64,000 bases of DNA from Vicugna vicugna (lineage: Eukaryota): NCBI GenBank assembly GCA_013265495.1, contig MU058337.1:870001-934000 (forward strand), read 5' to 3'. This document shows positions 48,601 through 61,970 of this stretch, piece after piece. The position numbers and the translations under genes were made by a program. The stretch's first letter is position 1. The number at the start of each line of letters is the position of its first letter. The notes below the pieces were generated by a model. That model was given only the letters and a program-made list of their open reading frames with translations. It was not told the DNA's origin and did not search any database.

Positions 48601-51600
48601 AGAATATAGGGCAGAGTGAAGCAGTCAACCTGAGTTCCTTAAACCCAGTCCTAACTTGGGCAATTTTCTTAACCTGTCCAAATGTGTGCCTTGCAGTTTG
48701 TCAATGGACAATGCTATTTCTTTCTTTGTCTCTCGAGATATTAATGAACAGAAAAGTGAAATACTGTATCATTTGGCACAAGGGGATGTGTAACCGAATG
48801 TGAGACTGTGTCGCTGTGGGGACACTCCTGCCCGTGATGACAATGTGGTGTACAGAAATGTGTCAGACAGTGTGTTCTGCAGCCGCAAGGCTTCCAGTGA
48901 AGCCACAGCTCTGTGTGTGTTCTTCTCCAGATGGGGCGCAATTCAGGGCATCTTTGTAATTAATTTCTTCCCACCTTGGGTTTTCTACCGTCAGCCAGGA
49001 GAGATGCTAATCAGACAGAAAACGCATGATCAATATATTCAAACAGGAAATGAGGGCGAGACTTTGTCCTCCATCTTCTTGGCCTGAAATAGGATGTCAG
49101 GACAATGTGGATTCTGGAGCACAATTCAGGTCAGTCTAATTCAGGACAGACCAACCTGTGCAGACTTAACAGATGCTAGCTGATGAGCACAGACCTGGGT
49201 TATAGCAGAGAGTGACCGGTGGATCTCTGAGAGCTTTGCTTTACAACCAAGGCTTTTCTCATTGTAAGTCATTTCTGAGTTGTGTTTTTACATTGGCGAT
49301 GGAGTGCGTGGAAAGAGGAATTATCCCTCAGTATTTTGCAAAGTTAATTTCCAAATTCAAGCACATACAACTTTATTGTAGCTGTAACTTTCACTTTTCC
49401 TCTTGCCTTTCCCCTTTCATCCTTGACTAAGAGCCTGGTTGTCCTCAGTGTTCCTTCTTCTCCACCCCTGGAGGTTAGCTCTGCCCAGGGACAGTCAGAA
49501 GAGAGACTTCAGTCCCTACAGAATGAAGTTCTGGCCAGAGCTGAAGCTGTGGGCCAAATTAGCCACAATGGCAAAGTGTCTTTGAAAGAATAAAACAAAG
49601 GGAGAAATAACTGCCACCCAAGAATCTCTTGCCTCAGAAACAACGTTGGCCTGAGACCTTTTGTTGGTATATTCATTATGAACTTACTCATTCCGCACAT
49701 ACAGACTTTCCTGACTGCAGGTTTAGAGCAGGTGTTGGATCACAGAACGCAGTGGCAGGAAGAGACCACGAGGGAGGAAGGCGGGATTGCAGAAAGCCCA
49801 AATGAGGGTAATTCCCCTTCAAGATCAGATGTTTGCAACCTTTTTTTTTTATCACAAGGAACGATGAATCTCTGTGTATAAATTAATTTTTCGTCATTGA
49901 AATCATAGCACAGTAAGCACTTCCACTCTCCTGTAGATACAAATCCAGAGTTCACACGAGTCCTTTGTCAGAGAAATCCTTCACGAACGAGGCTGCTACA
50001 CCGACTCTCTTTCTGGACAGATCCTCTGCACATGCTCAGAATGACTGTTCTTTCCATCAAAATAAACCATGATGGACGGTCACTCTGTGTGTCTCCATGT
50101 GCTTTCAGATGATTTCTGTGTTTGTTGAGTGACTTATTGTGCTGCATTCAGCAGACAGGGAAAAGTCAAACAGATCCACAGTAGGCTTTATAATCTCATT
50201 GTTGCTTGTAACTGAATTTCCAAATCTATCTCGTTACAGTAAAATAGCAAGTTCCTGATATGTAGGTAGCTTGTACACCGTCTGGAGGGACTAGAAAAAT
50301 GAACAAGAGTAGGAAAAATTATATATAAGTGCATACTTTGCGGGGAGGTATCTGTAAGCCAGTGAGGTTGTAGCTCTGGGGAGCTATTAAGTTAGTGATA
50401 TATTAGGAGGATCTCTCTGCTTGGATTTAAACACTTGGCTTACCGTCTGGCTCAGCCCACAAATGAAGCCACGAGAATATTTGATTCCCTTTGTTAGTCA
50501 GGATGCTTCTGCAGGAGGAGGCTAACCTTCCAGCAGCCCGACTGCAGCCCTGGGCATCCATAAACACCAACACACAACAGAGGACCAGACCACGACATCC
50601 ATGCATCTACTGCTCGTTACTGCTTCTCCACTTTTGCCACATTTCCTCAGGTCAACAACTCTTGAGAGAAAGTCCTGAAGTGGAAGAGTGAGGTGAGAGA
50701 TGTGGGTCTGTGGTGTGAGGTGCCTCTGCACTGCCGCCAGAGGGAAAGTTTAGAGCAAAGAGAACTGTGAGAGAATAATTTTGAACTTTGGAGAATAACG
50801 AAGTTCCCCAGCAAGAGGAAAGCTGTAAAGTATTAGCTCACGCTTGCCAGCACCTACTAAAGCACTCGGCGCTCACAATCAGGTGTTTTTTGCAGTTACG
50901 ATTTTCCTGCACTTTTTCAGACCTAGTCTGGTCACTTCCCAATAAAGCCAAGTCCATCATAATATATGTTGGTGAGCGTTTTCAAGTGTACATGCTGCTA
51001 GTCTTTTGGTGAGGGAAAGACATGAAGGAAAAATGAAAAACCCTTCACATATTCGGACATAGACCCGAGTAATGAAAAGTACCATCTTTTTATCTCAGCA
51101 TCAAAATCACATCATCCTGGGTCAGGCTGTCTGGCTTTTAGGAACAAGCGGTTATGAACTTGCGACCAATGCTTGTGTCTCGCCCTGTTCCCATACTTAT
51201 GTTAAGACCCTTGACTACCTTTAAGATGAAGTGGAAGGCAAACATTGACTCCTTTGCTTAAGCCTCATTTTGCTGTCTGACCACTTGTTTGTGCGATGGA
51301 CATCCTATAGCATCTCAGATCTACCCTAAAGTCACTCTGCTGGGTCCTGAGAGCACCGGGCATTTCCATCCTTAGGGACAGTGAGGGCAGAACCCAGGCC
51401 TCTGGTCTGGATGCAGGGACACCGACCTGAGGGTGGGCTAACGCGAGCCCACGTGTTTGCCCCCGGGGCTGCCAGCAGTGCTAACTTTGTTACTGCTGAT
51501 GTCGTCACGCATTATGTATGTGACACACACGTAGACAGGTGTACGTCTGATGTGTAACAGCATACCTTGCGTTTCACACCCACGCACTCTGGCTCTCCAT

Positions 51601-51794
51601 CCTCTGTGAGTTTTGAAGTTTCTGAAAATGAAGCAGTTGGCACTTCCTGTCCAAGGTGAGTAACAAATGCTTGTACCAAAGGCAGCCTGACCTCTCGGTG
51701 TCAGATTGCTTTGAATCCCTGAAAGGAGCCACTGCGTAATCTTTAAGAATTATAAACTGCAACAGGTGCAGGGGTGTTGAGGCTCCACATCCCT

Positions 51795-51876
51795 CCTCTG
51801 GGTTGAATTCTGTTCCCCAAGCAAGGTATCTGAAGTCCTTCCCTGAGAACCTGTACAAGTGACTTATTTGCCAATA
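51795..51876 (+). mobile_element. MLT1 LTR 5' fragment
   Basis: 'tgggttgaattctgttccccaa...gaagtcctt...acctgtacaagtgacttatttgccaata'. Confidence 0.55.
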
Positions 51877-52829
51877 TTAGCTCCTTACCTTTTCCCCTTA
51901 TACCTGTATCTTTATACAGCTAGCCTTCGGCTGCTCCTACTCTGGTTTGAACACTTTCCTCTAGTCCTGCTTCTTCTTCTACTGATCCACCTGTCCCCAT
52001 CCTGAGCCCCTTATCTATTTCTCAATTCATCTTCCTCTTCCAAACTCTTCACTCCAGGTCCTTTCCCTTGTCTTCTTTTTGCCCTCTGTGCTTTCTCCTG
52101 GGGTGCGCTTCTCCTCATCTGTTTCTGCGTCTACTATCTGTACATCCAGATCTCTGGTCTTTAACTCTCCCTGAGCAACAGATTCCCAAAGGCTTGCTGC
52201 AAATTTCCTGAACCAGCCATGTTTCTTGGCTCTTCCGTGGACTGTTTGCGGAGCCTCTACCAGAAGGCTTCCAAGTTTGCATCAAAGCCACTTCCTTCTG
52301 TAGGCATTCCCTGCATTCCTCCAGCCAACTTACGTGTGATATTTAAGTAATTGCTACTTTCTGTTTACCTATCTCAGTACATACTCATGAGAGTAGAGGG
52401 CTGGACAATGAATTGGTAAGTAAGGAACCAAGTTCTTGGTTGCTGATCTACAAAGTAAAATATTTCTCTGGATATAAGTAAGACTTGGCTGAAAAAAGGA
52501 ACCTGAAACTGACCAAGCCTATAGGTTTGACTACCAATGTCTAGGAAATGTGGGAGAAGGAACAGAGTAAACACCACCCGACAGGCAGTCAGTGAGCTAC
52601 GGCTGGAGGAGATTCTACAGGAATAAAGGACATGGCTTGTTAACCAAAAGATCGTAAGAGACAAAAGAGAGGAAGAGACCAGGAGGAGAGAGAGAGGGAA
52701 AGGTAGCTGTAGGTTAGAAAAAAAAATTTAAAAATCAGCCTATTACAATTTTTACATTCCGATTTGAACAAATTATTAAAAAGCATGAAGTAATCAGAGA
52801 AGTTTGATTACATTAAGGTGTCTGATTTT

Positions 52830-53070
52830 TAGGTATGTTCATTGATGCTGAGATTATGTTCTTTAAAATGTTTAAAATATGTTTTTAAAAACAGAATATA
52901 TTAATATAATATCTGATATTTACTTCAAAATAATTCAGAGTGTGAAAAAGTGGGTGGGGCTGTAGCTCAATTATAATTTGATATGAGTTAAAATTGGATG
53001 ATGGTTTGTGAGGGTTCATTTATTATTCTCTTCTACTTCTATGTGTTTGAAAATTTTCATCATTAAAGAG
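52830..53070 (+). mobile_element. Ancient L1 3' end (L1MC4/ME-type)
   Basis: 'atttacttcaaaataattcag...gtgggtgggg...ggatgatggtttgtgagggttcatttattattctcttctacttctatgtgtttgaaaattttcat'. Confidence 0.7.
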
Positions 53071-54455
53071 AAAGATTGGCTGAACTTGCCAAATAACAAC
53101 CAAGCTTCCACCAATTTCCATGATGTGAAAAGGGTGAGATATCTCATTCGCAGTTCAGCTCCAAATGGATTTGATGATTCCAATGGGGTTTTGATCTGAA
53201 AGTGAAGATGATAGGCCATCTGGGGCCTGAATTCTTTTGGGATCTGAGCGCCACAGCTTAGCGGAGATTGTGTTCCAGCTCATAGCAAGTTTAGTCAGAA
53301 CTAGAACTCCACCCAGACTTCCTTTGGCTCTGATTTACTTTATTTTCAGTGCAATTTGTTGACTTGTGAATGCACACAAGCGCCTACTTCTGTTGTCTCT
53401 TTATTAGTGCCCTAGCAGCCATCCTCAAAGTAATTACTTCTATTTCCATGTGCTTAATTTTACCTTGTCTTTTGCATGTTGCTACAAGTCATTTGTGAAT
53501 TCTCACATCTATGCAATAGCATAACCACATTTGTGGTCGTCAGCTTTAAAAATCAATTTCTCCCTTGTGCCCATAGTGAAAATAATTACAGGTTCTATAA
53601 ATGCGAGTTTTTTCATGACAGTGGAGCAGAACTGATGTGGCATACTAATGTATTCATTAAAGTGCAGATGAACAAATTATGATCAAAGGTGGTTGCATAG
53701 TTTCCTTCTGCCTCTGTTGTCCAGGAGCACACACTCCATTCAGATGGGAAACTGACAAAAGACAGACTCTTTGGAGCCCTTAAGTGCACTTTGATTTCAA
53801 CCCCACTTAAAAAGCGATTAAAATGCCACACTCAAGAGGCGACATTTTTTATTTGGTTCTTAAAGCAGAGATATCCTGATATTGAGGAAAAAGAAGGAAG
53901 GAAGGAGAAAAGGAAGGAAGAGGTAAAATAACTTTTTAGGGAGTAGACATCAAAATTTGTATCTACAGGATACACAATCCTTCTTTAATATTCATTGAAT
54001 TGGCCATTTGTAAAGGCATATTGTTTGTGTTTTTTTAAACATGATATCACAGCTGTTCTTTAGTTATGAGTCCAACTGGATCAGACATTCCATTTTAAAC
54101 ACTGAAGGATGGGAGGGTAAAGACCAGGCTAACTCCGACCTTTGAAGCCCAGTGGAAGAGGCAGATGTGTCACGGAGTCACAGAAGACATCAGTTAGCAA
54201 TGCACAGCCCATCAACGGAAGAACAGAATTACGTTCAGGTGGGAGATGGTCACTGTGGGATGGGTGTCCAGGGAGAAATCCTCGCAAGAAAAAGGCATTG
54301 AGAGAAAAGTGAGGACCATTTGATCCAGAAGAAGAGAGAAGGAATTATGAGAATGAGAGAACAGGGAACGTGATTCCAGGGAAGGGAATGTTCAGAACGT
54401 GTTTGTAGGAGTTACAGGACCAGCCAGGCTAGAGCAGAGAAAGTACGATTAAATC

Positions 54456-54660
54456 AAAATAGATAAACAACAGGTTTCTACTGTACAACACAAGGAACTA
54501 TATTCAGTATCTGATAGTAACCTATAATGAAAAAGAATATGAAAAGGAATATATATGTATGTGTACGTATGATTGAAACATTATGACATTCACCAGAAAT
54601 TGACGCAACATTGTAAACTAACTATACTTCAATTAAAAACAACTGTGGGAAAAAAAAAAA
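54456..54660 (+). mobile_element. Young artiodactyl (camelid-like) L1 3' end with poly(A)
   Basis: 'aaatagataaacaacaggtttctactgtacaacacaaggaactatattcagtatctgatagtaacctataatgaaaaagaatatgaaaagg...caccagaaattgacgcaacattgtaaactaactatacttcaattaaaaa'. Confidence 0.85.
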
Positions 54661-55214
54661 GAAATTCAACAAAATTATTCAGGGTCTCCAATAACGTCCA
54701 GGAATGTAAGCAGTTTTTAAAACCAGGACTTAACACTAAGTGACACTTTAAGAGCAGCGTGCTCCTGTGGTTGACACGCTGACAGAGTGGCTGCAGTGCG
54801 GAGCTTTCTCTCCCTGCTACTCGTCTTTGCACCTGGTCCCAAGGAAACCCGTGTGTAAATAGAGAAAGTACATGTTACACGTCAAAATCAGCATTTCAAT
54901 TATGCCCATTGTCATGGTATTCAAGTTCATACATTAGCACTGGGGATGTTGACTAAATTCACTTGCATAATGTATTGTGTCCAATGGTGCAGGGGCCACA
55001 CGTACCGTTTAATCTCCTGGTGATGGCAGAAGACAATTGTATTTTTAATTTTCAATATTGTGTTTCTGTGGATATTTTCAAGAGACATGCTTCCAGGAGT
55101 ATCTTCTTTAGCCCTCAAACAAGGAGACGTGGCGTTTCAGACAGTTGAATTAGCTTTCCTTATCCCTCGGAGTGTGGCTGACATAACCACATCGGCAATA
55201 ATGTGGGTTAAAAA

Positions 55215-55420
55215 TACTGGGGAGGTCTGCATCCCAGCATCTAGCAAGTGCCAGGCACTGCAAAGCATTTCTGGTCTTTATATCCCTGAAGCCCCAATAT
55301 TTGTGTGGCAATTTCCACTATTCACTTCTTTTGGCAGCTGGGGAAACAAAGGCTTAGAAAAGTTAGGTAATTTTCTGAAGGTACCACAGCAAGCAAATGA
55401 TGGTGCCAGGAATCAAATTA
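55215..55420 (-). mobile_element. MIR SINE
   Basis: 'gcaagtgccaggcactgcaaagcattt...cagctggggaaacaaaggcttagaaaagttaggtaattttctgaaggtaccacagcaagcaaatg'. Confidence 0.75.
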
Positions 55421-55499
55421 TACTAATAATATTATTAGATTAATAACAAGTTTATTAAATTATTTATAAATGTATTAAGCTATTAATACATTTGATGGA

Positions 55500-55685
55500 A
55501 TTATATAATATATATTAGATATATAAAATATGTAGACAGGTAGAAAGACACGTGTGTATGTGTATCCATACACATATATATATGGAAACACGTAGATGTT
55601 TCTGTGCGTGCACACATGCATGTACCTGAGGGCAGGGATACATATGTATACCCATGCGTGTACATATATCCATTATGTATATAAT
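55500..55685. repeat. TA/CA/TG-rich low-complexity tract
   Basis: ttatataatatatatt...gtgtgtatgtgtatccatacacatatatatat...gtacatatat. Confidence 0.75.
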
Positions 55686-58600
55686 TTGTTTGTTTCTTCA
55701 TGCATCTACTTGTTGCAAATGCAGTGGGTGCACAGCCCAAAGGGTCTGCTGAAATCGTTGTCTAACTGAACTTGATCATGTCCGTGCAGATGACGGGCCA
55801 CAGAGCACCTCAGAGTGACCCCTAAAGCCTCAGTGAGCTGCACCGAGTGGCTGATCTGAAGTCTTCTCGAGAAATGATCCATTAAACTAAGTTCTCTGGT
55901 TTATGCCCGTGTGTTACTGCTTAGCTCCCTGCAAGAAACTCTGGAATCCTTTGCCATTATTATCTCCAGGTCGGGCTTCAGCCCTTTGGTGGCAACATTT
56001 ACTGTTGGCAGGAGTGAGTGAAGTGCTGTGGAGAAGATGAACGGGGTCCCACACTTGGGATGCCCTTCCTCTCAAGTCATCTGTTCACATCCTCCAGGGC
56101 TACGTCCTTTGTGATGGTTTCCTGGTCCCTCAGCCCGATGTAGATTCTCTCTCTCTCCCTCTGAAGATCTGCCACAGCGTTTTTAACAGCTGCCTACTTT
56201 CCACGTTGCATCGTGTGCATTCGTGTACCTCTCTTACTGTCTTTATTAGATTTCAGTCCACTTTACGTTTGATGCAGCTTCCTGTCCCTCGCTGTGCGTG
56301 TGTGAGTCGGGCCCTATGGGGGTCACAGATACCTGTTGAAACAGTGGGACTATGACATAGAACAGGCTTGAGCTAAAGAGAAGCACTGAACGCGGCACAG
56401 TTGGCATTTGGTTTTCAAATTGCTGTTCAGAGGCAAACTAAACTCTCTCCTTGAGCTCGACGGTTTGTTTGAAACTTGTGTCGGCCCTTGTTGATTTGCC
56501 CCCAGACTGTGGCCTTGCACAGCGCTGCTAAGGAGAGAATTTATCAAGAGTTAAATTTTAGCAAGAGTCATATTCTCTCTTACAATAGAATTTTATTTTA
56601 ATAAATTTGTTTACTAGTGTTTAGTGTTTACCTGTGAACTTTTAAAAACACAGATGCCAGGTATCATTGGGAGTCATTTAACTTCTACAGCTTCCCCCTG
56701 GTGGAGTCAGTCGCATGTTTACATGAGCTTTCCTGACCCAGTTGCGCGGCAGTGACCGAGGATGGGGAGGAGAAGGGAAGGTGACAGGCTTCAGGGCACG
56801 TTCATTCTAGAATAAGGCAAATAGATCGTTAACTTTGAAGTGATTAGAGACTACCCACCTTGTAATTTTGCTTTCTCAGCAATTTAAGTCTCCTTGGTAG
56901 ACATACAGTAATCAGAAAGAATCTAAGTTTGGGGAGACACCTTTGCACTGAGCTCATAAGGAAACTGGGAGACCTAAATTTCCATTTTCTTGAGGACCCT
57001 TGACATTTTGAAAACTTAATTAACTGAGCGTCCCCGTGGTGTCGTAAAGTTCATATTTTCATGAAATCTCTCCCTGCCTAAAATGCCTAATGTCGATTAT
57101 CCTGGCCTGAATCGCAGGCATGGACCAGTACTGAAATGTAGTCCCAGAAGGTCCATGAAGCTTGTGAGGTCATGGGCTCTGTTCTTGCACCTGCTTCAGT
57201 AGAGCAGCATCTGAGGGTGTGTTTGCTGAAGGAGGGGGCGCGCGGGAGCCCAGACCGCAGGCTTGCAGGCAGGCAGGGCCGACTTCGGATCGCGGGCCTT
57301 CAGTGAGCTGCAGGGTAAGGAACTACCAGCCCTGGACGGCCATGGAATTCCTTCAGGGCCAGGAACCTTCAGTGATTAAACGCACTAATGGGGAAGCGTT
57401 ATTCTGCTTACTGCACACAGAATCACTTTTTTTCAAAAACTAAATAAGGCAAGTCACCTAAATCATCTAAAATATTTATGCATGTATTATCAGTTAAATC
57501 CAGAGCCACGTTTCTCTCTCGGGCGGTAGACTCGCCTGGGACAGCAAAGCTGAATGCTCTGGTTCCCATTCTTTCCCGGGTTCTCAGGGGTGGGATGTCG
57601 AGCTGGAATTCAGCCTCGCCTCAGCCTCAGGCATTGCTGCCTCTCTTTTGTGAATGAAACGGTGACTAACAGTTGCTGTGGGGGGGCCATTTTCCTAACT
57701 TCTAAAAATTACGTCTTTGACGTGAAGCACTTAAAATGCTCCCGTCCTGGCTTTTCCCACGGGGCTCAGTAGTTTTCATGCGCGAGGCTCTTTTCTTAAC
57801 TTTTACAGGAACTCAGAGTTAACACCTCTTCGCACTCTCAGGTTAACGAACATGCACTTGAGTTTTAGTAAATGGATTTGTCTTGATTTTACTGCCCTCT
57901 GTGTTATGGCAAAATGGAAAGCGTAAGGAAGGAGGCACACTGAACTCTAACCTCAGGTGGGTCAAAGGGTCTGCTGCTGGGTATTTGTCAAGAGGAAGGA
58001 TGTGAAAGAGCCAGCTCAGTTTTCTCGTCTCTCTGGCTTGTCCTGCACAGAATGGTTACCCTCCTGGGGGACAGGTCGGGGCACCCAGGACTGCTTGATT
58101 CCAACAGGAGACATTTGTGGGTTTCACTGAAGAGCCACAGGGAGAGGCCACAGGGCCCGAAGGCGTGACTGGGGCCATCAGAACCCACTTTGTAGGTTTC
58201 TGACTAGGGCAGCTGAGGAAACTAGGAGGGGAAGGGAGAGAGGAAGAATGAAGCAGTTCTCTCTCTTGAAATACCCTGAAAGTGCAGACTGGAAAATATG
58301 AGACAGAATCAGCCTAGTGGGACTGTCCCCAGGAAGTCCTGCTCCACGCTGAGGATGCAGACACCCCGGAACGCTGGCAGCTCTGTACGGGACTTCTCTC
58401 CACCACCGCGCTGCGCAGGCGGCGTTCCGGGGGCCGTTGACACTGCATGAACTGCCATCTCATCCGGCAAAGAACAGCAGGAACGTTCTTAAGTGAAGCG
58501 TGGGGTCTCGGTCTGGGCATCTTTGCTCTCAGTCCCTTACAAAGGAAGAGCTAGCATCTGAAACAGAAGAGAGTGTTTAGTAAGAAGAAAAGGAAATGAG

Positions 58601-60079
58601 CAAAATATGAAGGGTGTATTGTAGCAAATTTCATCGATGTTTTTCCTTATATTTTTAAATGATCTAAAAATAGCCTCCCACCCATATTCCCCCAAAATCG
58701 TTAAAATATGAAATGCCTGCTTTCTTTGAAAATATATGACTTGTCACCAAAAGAAATAAGTGCACACGTTTCATTAGTGATTAAGAAAAGGATGTCTGTT
58801 ATATGCATGTTAAATTTCCCCAAATGATTTGAAACATTTATTGAAATCTATTCAAGTGTTAAATTTGCTTCTGAGTAAACTTACCCTTTTAATGCCAAAG
58901 AAATGCTGCTTTAAAAATCCTGATCATTCATAACTTTTATGAATTAAATGATTTGATCCATAAAGTGCACAAGTAATATTACTATTCCTTCTGAAAATGC
59001 CCCCAGCACAGCAATCAACCAATCAAACATGAAGAAGATTTTCTATGTTTTCTACGGAAGTGAAATAAACAATATTCAAAGCTGGTTCCAGACGGAGCAC
59101 AAACGACTGAGAAACGATTCTAGGTAATTACGTGTAACCAACAGGATCACCGGAATATGCTGAAATGGTTGTCTCGGGAAGAATGTCAGTGGTGCTCAGC
59201 GCTTCCTAGAATCATTAGGGGCGGTCATGGGTTCTCTCCCTCTGCTGGGAGGGTAACAGACAATACCCAACCCAGCCTGGCAGGGACGGACTGCTGGCCC
59301 GGGCAGTGTCCTCCCTACAGCCTTTGCATCGTCACAACTGTGCATCTGGAAAGCTTGGAACATTTCACGGACAACCAGCAATTAACTCCTCTCGTGGTAA
59401 CCTGCTTAACTTACCAGGTTTAAGTTTAGATGTTGTTATTAGCGTAGGTATAATATTTGCAGCCGCAGAGGAAAGGTGTGGCTAGCAATTAGAAAGTCTT
59501 TCTCATTTCACTGGACTCAAACAGACTTTTCTGTTTGCACGCTGCCTCATTACGAGGGTCCAGAAATAAGGACAAGCCTATTGGTTCGGGGCTGGGCATT
59601 CCACGCTCCCCACTATTTGATTTGGCTAGACCGTCTGCCCCTGACAGAGAGCTGATGGAATTTTAAAGTAGATTCTGTTGTAGCTGGTTGAGCAGAGCTT
59701 GTCACAAGCTTGTAATAATTACACAGACTATTCTGTGCACCTTGTTTCATAACTCAGATCGTGTATCTGCTCTGCTAGGGAGGCATAGAGTTTAAATTCC
59801 GCATCTACTGGAAATTTCAGATGCCAAAGGATGCTCGAGTCAACAGGGAGAACAGGGTATACAAAGGGGAGGGCTTCAGACGGCGAGTGGTCCCCTAGGT
59901 GAACAGGCAGCTCCTGATGTCCAGGGTGATGGCGACTGCACAGGCCGGGGAGGCTGTCCCCAGAAGCCAAGTCCACAGGCCGCTCTGAAGCCTGAGCGCA
60001 GGGCCACGGCCCAGCTGTCAGTGGAGGCGCCTCGGAGAGAAGTCCGGCAAAATGAAAGGATTGTGCGCAATCCCAAGTT

Positions 60080-60222
60080 CACACTGTGCCCTTGGTGGGC
60101 CCTTTCCTCCATAAAAAAAATGAAAAATGATACTTTATGACTGTTAGTATAATAATGAATGTAACCCAGGATGAATTAATTTCATCTCTTTTTTCCGATT
60201 AAAAGAATTTTGTGTGCCCCTA
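60080..60222. mobile_element. Non-autonomous hAT element fragment (Tip100 class, Arthur1-like)
   Basis: 'gtgggccctttcctccataaaaaaaa...tactttatgactgttagtataataatgaatgtaacccaggatgaatt...tgtgtgcccct' resembles a recalled hAT-Tip100 consensus; the subfamily is uncertain. Confidence 0.55.
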
Positions 60223-60727
60223 CTTAAAAAGGATTTAAGAAAACCATTAACCTAGTCCTGCTCTCCTGAATGTCAGCACAGTTCGAAAGACCCTGTTGGT
60301 AACTTCCCCAAAGTTGCAGAAGGGGGAAAAGCAGGCAGTTGTCCCAAATGACATCATCTTAGTACAGAGTGGGCTGCGTTGTTTCTCCAGTTTTCTCAGA
60401 GTCCTAAATCTGTGCCAGTGCAAAAATCAGAGATTGTCCCTCCAGATGAACAGTTTCAGGTAAAAACCACCACCGCACGACATTTTAACTATGCCCCAAA
60501 GTAGTACGCTTTTGACAATCTACTCTGTGCGGTTTATTTTTCCCCAGCATTTAAAATCATCACCAAATAGCAGTATCACCATCACTTTCCATTTCAATTG
60601 TAAAGCCTGAATACATCCCTGCTGCACTCCACTGGTAGTTGATCTTATTCAGCAAACATCTTCTGTGCTGACACCTCTGCCTAAGCCTTTTACAAGTATC
60701 AGTCCTCATTGAGTCCCCATAACCGTT

Positions 60728-60907
60728 CACGACGGGTTGAATCACGTCTCCCCGAAAGGTGTGCTGGAGTCCTAAGCCCCAGAACCTGTGGCTGGAACCT
60801 TATTTGGAAATAAGGACTTTGCAGACATAATCCTAAGTGAAGATACAGTCATGCCGGAGGAGTGTGGGCCCTCAGTCCAAAACGGCTGGTGTCCTCATAA
60901 AAAGAGG
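60728..60907 (+). mobile_element. MLT1B/C LTR 5' half
   Basis: 'gggttgaatcacgtctccccgaaagg...gagtcctaagcccc...accttatttggaaataaggactttgcaga...ctggtgtcctcataaaaagagg', then ends abruptly. Confidence 0.75.
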
Positions 60908-61540
60908 CTATGTTGTATGTTTTTTACCACAATACAATATAATCCTCATCCAGGCTGTAACGAACAATTAAAGAGATAACTCTATTATCCAGTCACAGGA
61001 GATAAAGCTCAGTTACTCTGCCACTTCGTAGTAAACAACATACAGAGAATTTAAAAGTATAGGATGTCGTAGCTCATTGAGAGTCTTCATGGAAACTGGG
61101 CCATAATATCGCCCTGAAATGGAAACACCACAAGCAGCTGCGAGGGGAAGGCTTTCTTTCAAACTGAGCAGTGAACTCCTGGGAACTGACCACACTCCCC
61201 TGCGCAGAATCAGGCCTCATCAGCTTTCATACTTTGTTGAAATTCAGTGGATGAGGATATAAGTCAGAAATACAAAGAAAATAGGAAAACATCAAAACTG
61301 AAAATGGACGAAATGGAGGCCCCAGTGGCCACAGTGGACCTGGAGAGACACCCCACGTGGAACACAGCCACGTGGTCCTCGGTACCCTTCAGACATAATG
61401 AACCTAGCTGCAGTCGGCTATCTGTGAAACACAGTTCCTCTCTTCCCACAAATGCTCCCTCCCTCTCACACTTTAGCCTCTAACTTAATAAATAAAAAGG
61501 AGAGAAGAGAATATATGGGAAGCGTTTAAAGGAATGCACT

Positions 61541-61690
61541 TTTTACTGAAGAATAGTTGACTTACAGTGTTAGTTTCAGGTGTACAGCAAAGTGATTCAG
61601 TTATACATACACAGATATATTTTTTCTTTTCATATTCTTTTCCATGATATGTTATTGCAAGAAACCGAATATAGCTCCCTGTGCCGTCAG
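61541..61690 (-). mobile_element. Artiodactyl-type L1 3' end, 5'-truncated
   Basis: 'ttttactgaagaatagttgacttacagtgttagtttcaggtgtacagcaaagtgattcagttatacatac...gaatatagctccctgtgc'. Confidence 0.85.
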
Positions 61691-61789
61691 TGTTGAATGC
61701 TGGATCACCCCAGCATAACTATATCTGCAACAAATTTTGTACGTCATTACTATGCGTGTGGTTGAGTGGTCTGTGTGTATATTTAGTTT

Positions 61790-61970
61790 TAAATCTCTCA
61801 GCTCTCTGCTGAGAGGTTATTATTATTCATTATTACTCTTCATATTATTACTCATTACGCAGACAAGACAATTGAGACTTAGAGAAGTTAAGCAACTCAT
61901 TCAAAATCAGACCATTAAGTGGTGAAGTCTGGGTGGATATTTGGTCCCTCTGATCCCAAAGTCTTTGACT
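61790..61970 (-). mobile_element. MIR SINE
   Basis: 'ttacgcagacaagacaattgagacttagagaagttaagcaactcattcaaaatcagacc...ctgatcccaaagtc'. Confidence 0.7.

Noticed and set aside
61247..61483. Charged, protein-like ORF (DEDISQKYKENRK...)
   Set aside because: A-rich composition explains the Lys/Glu content, the splice signals are weak, and there is no recognisable domain.
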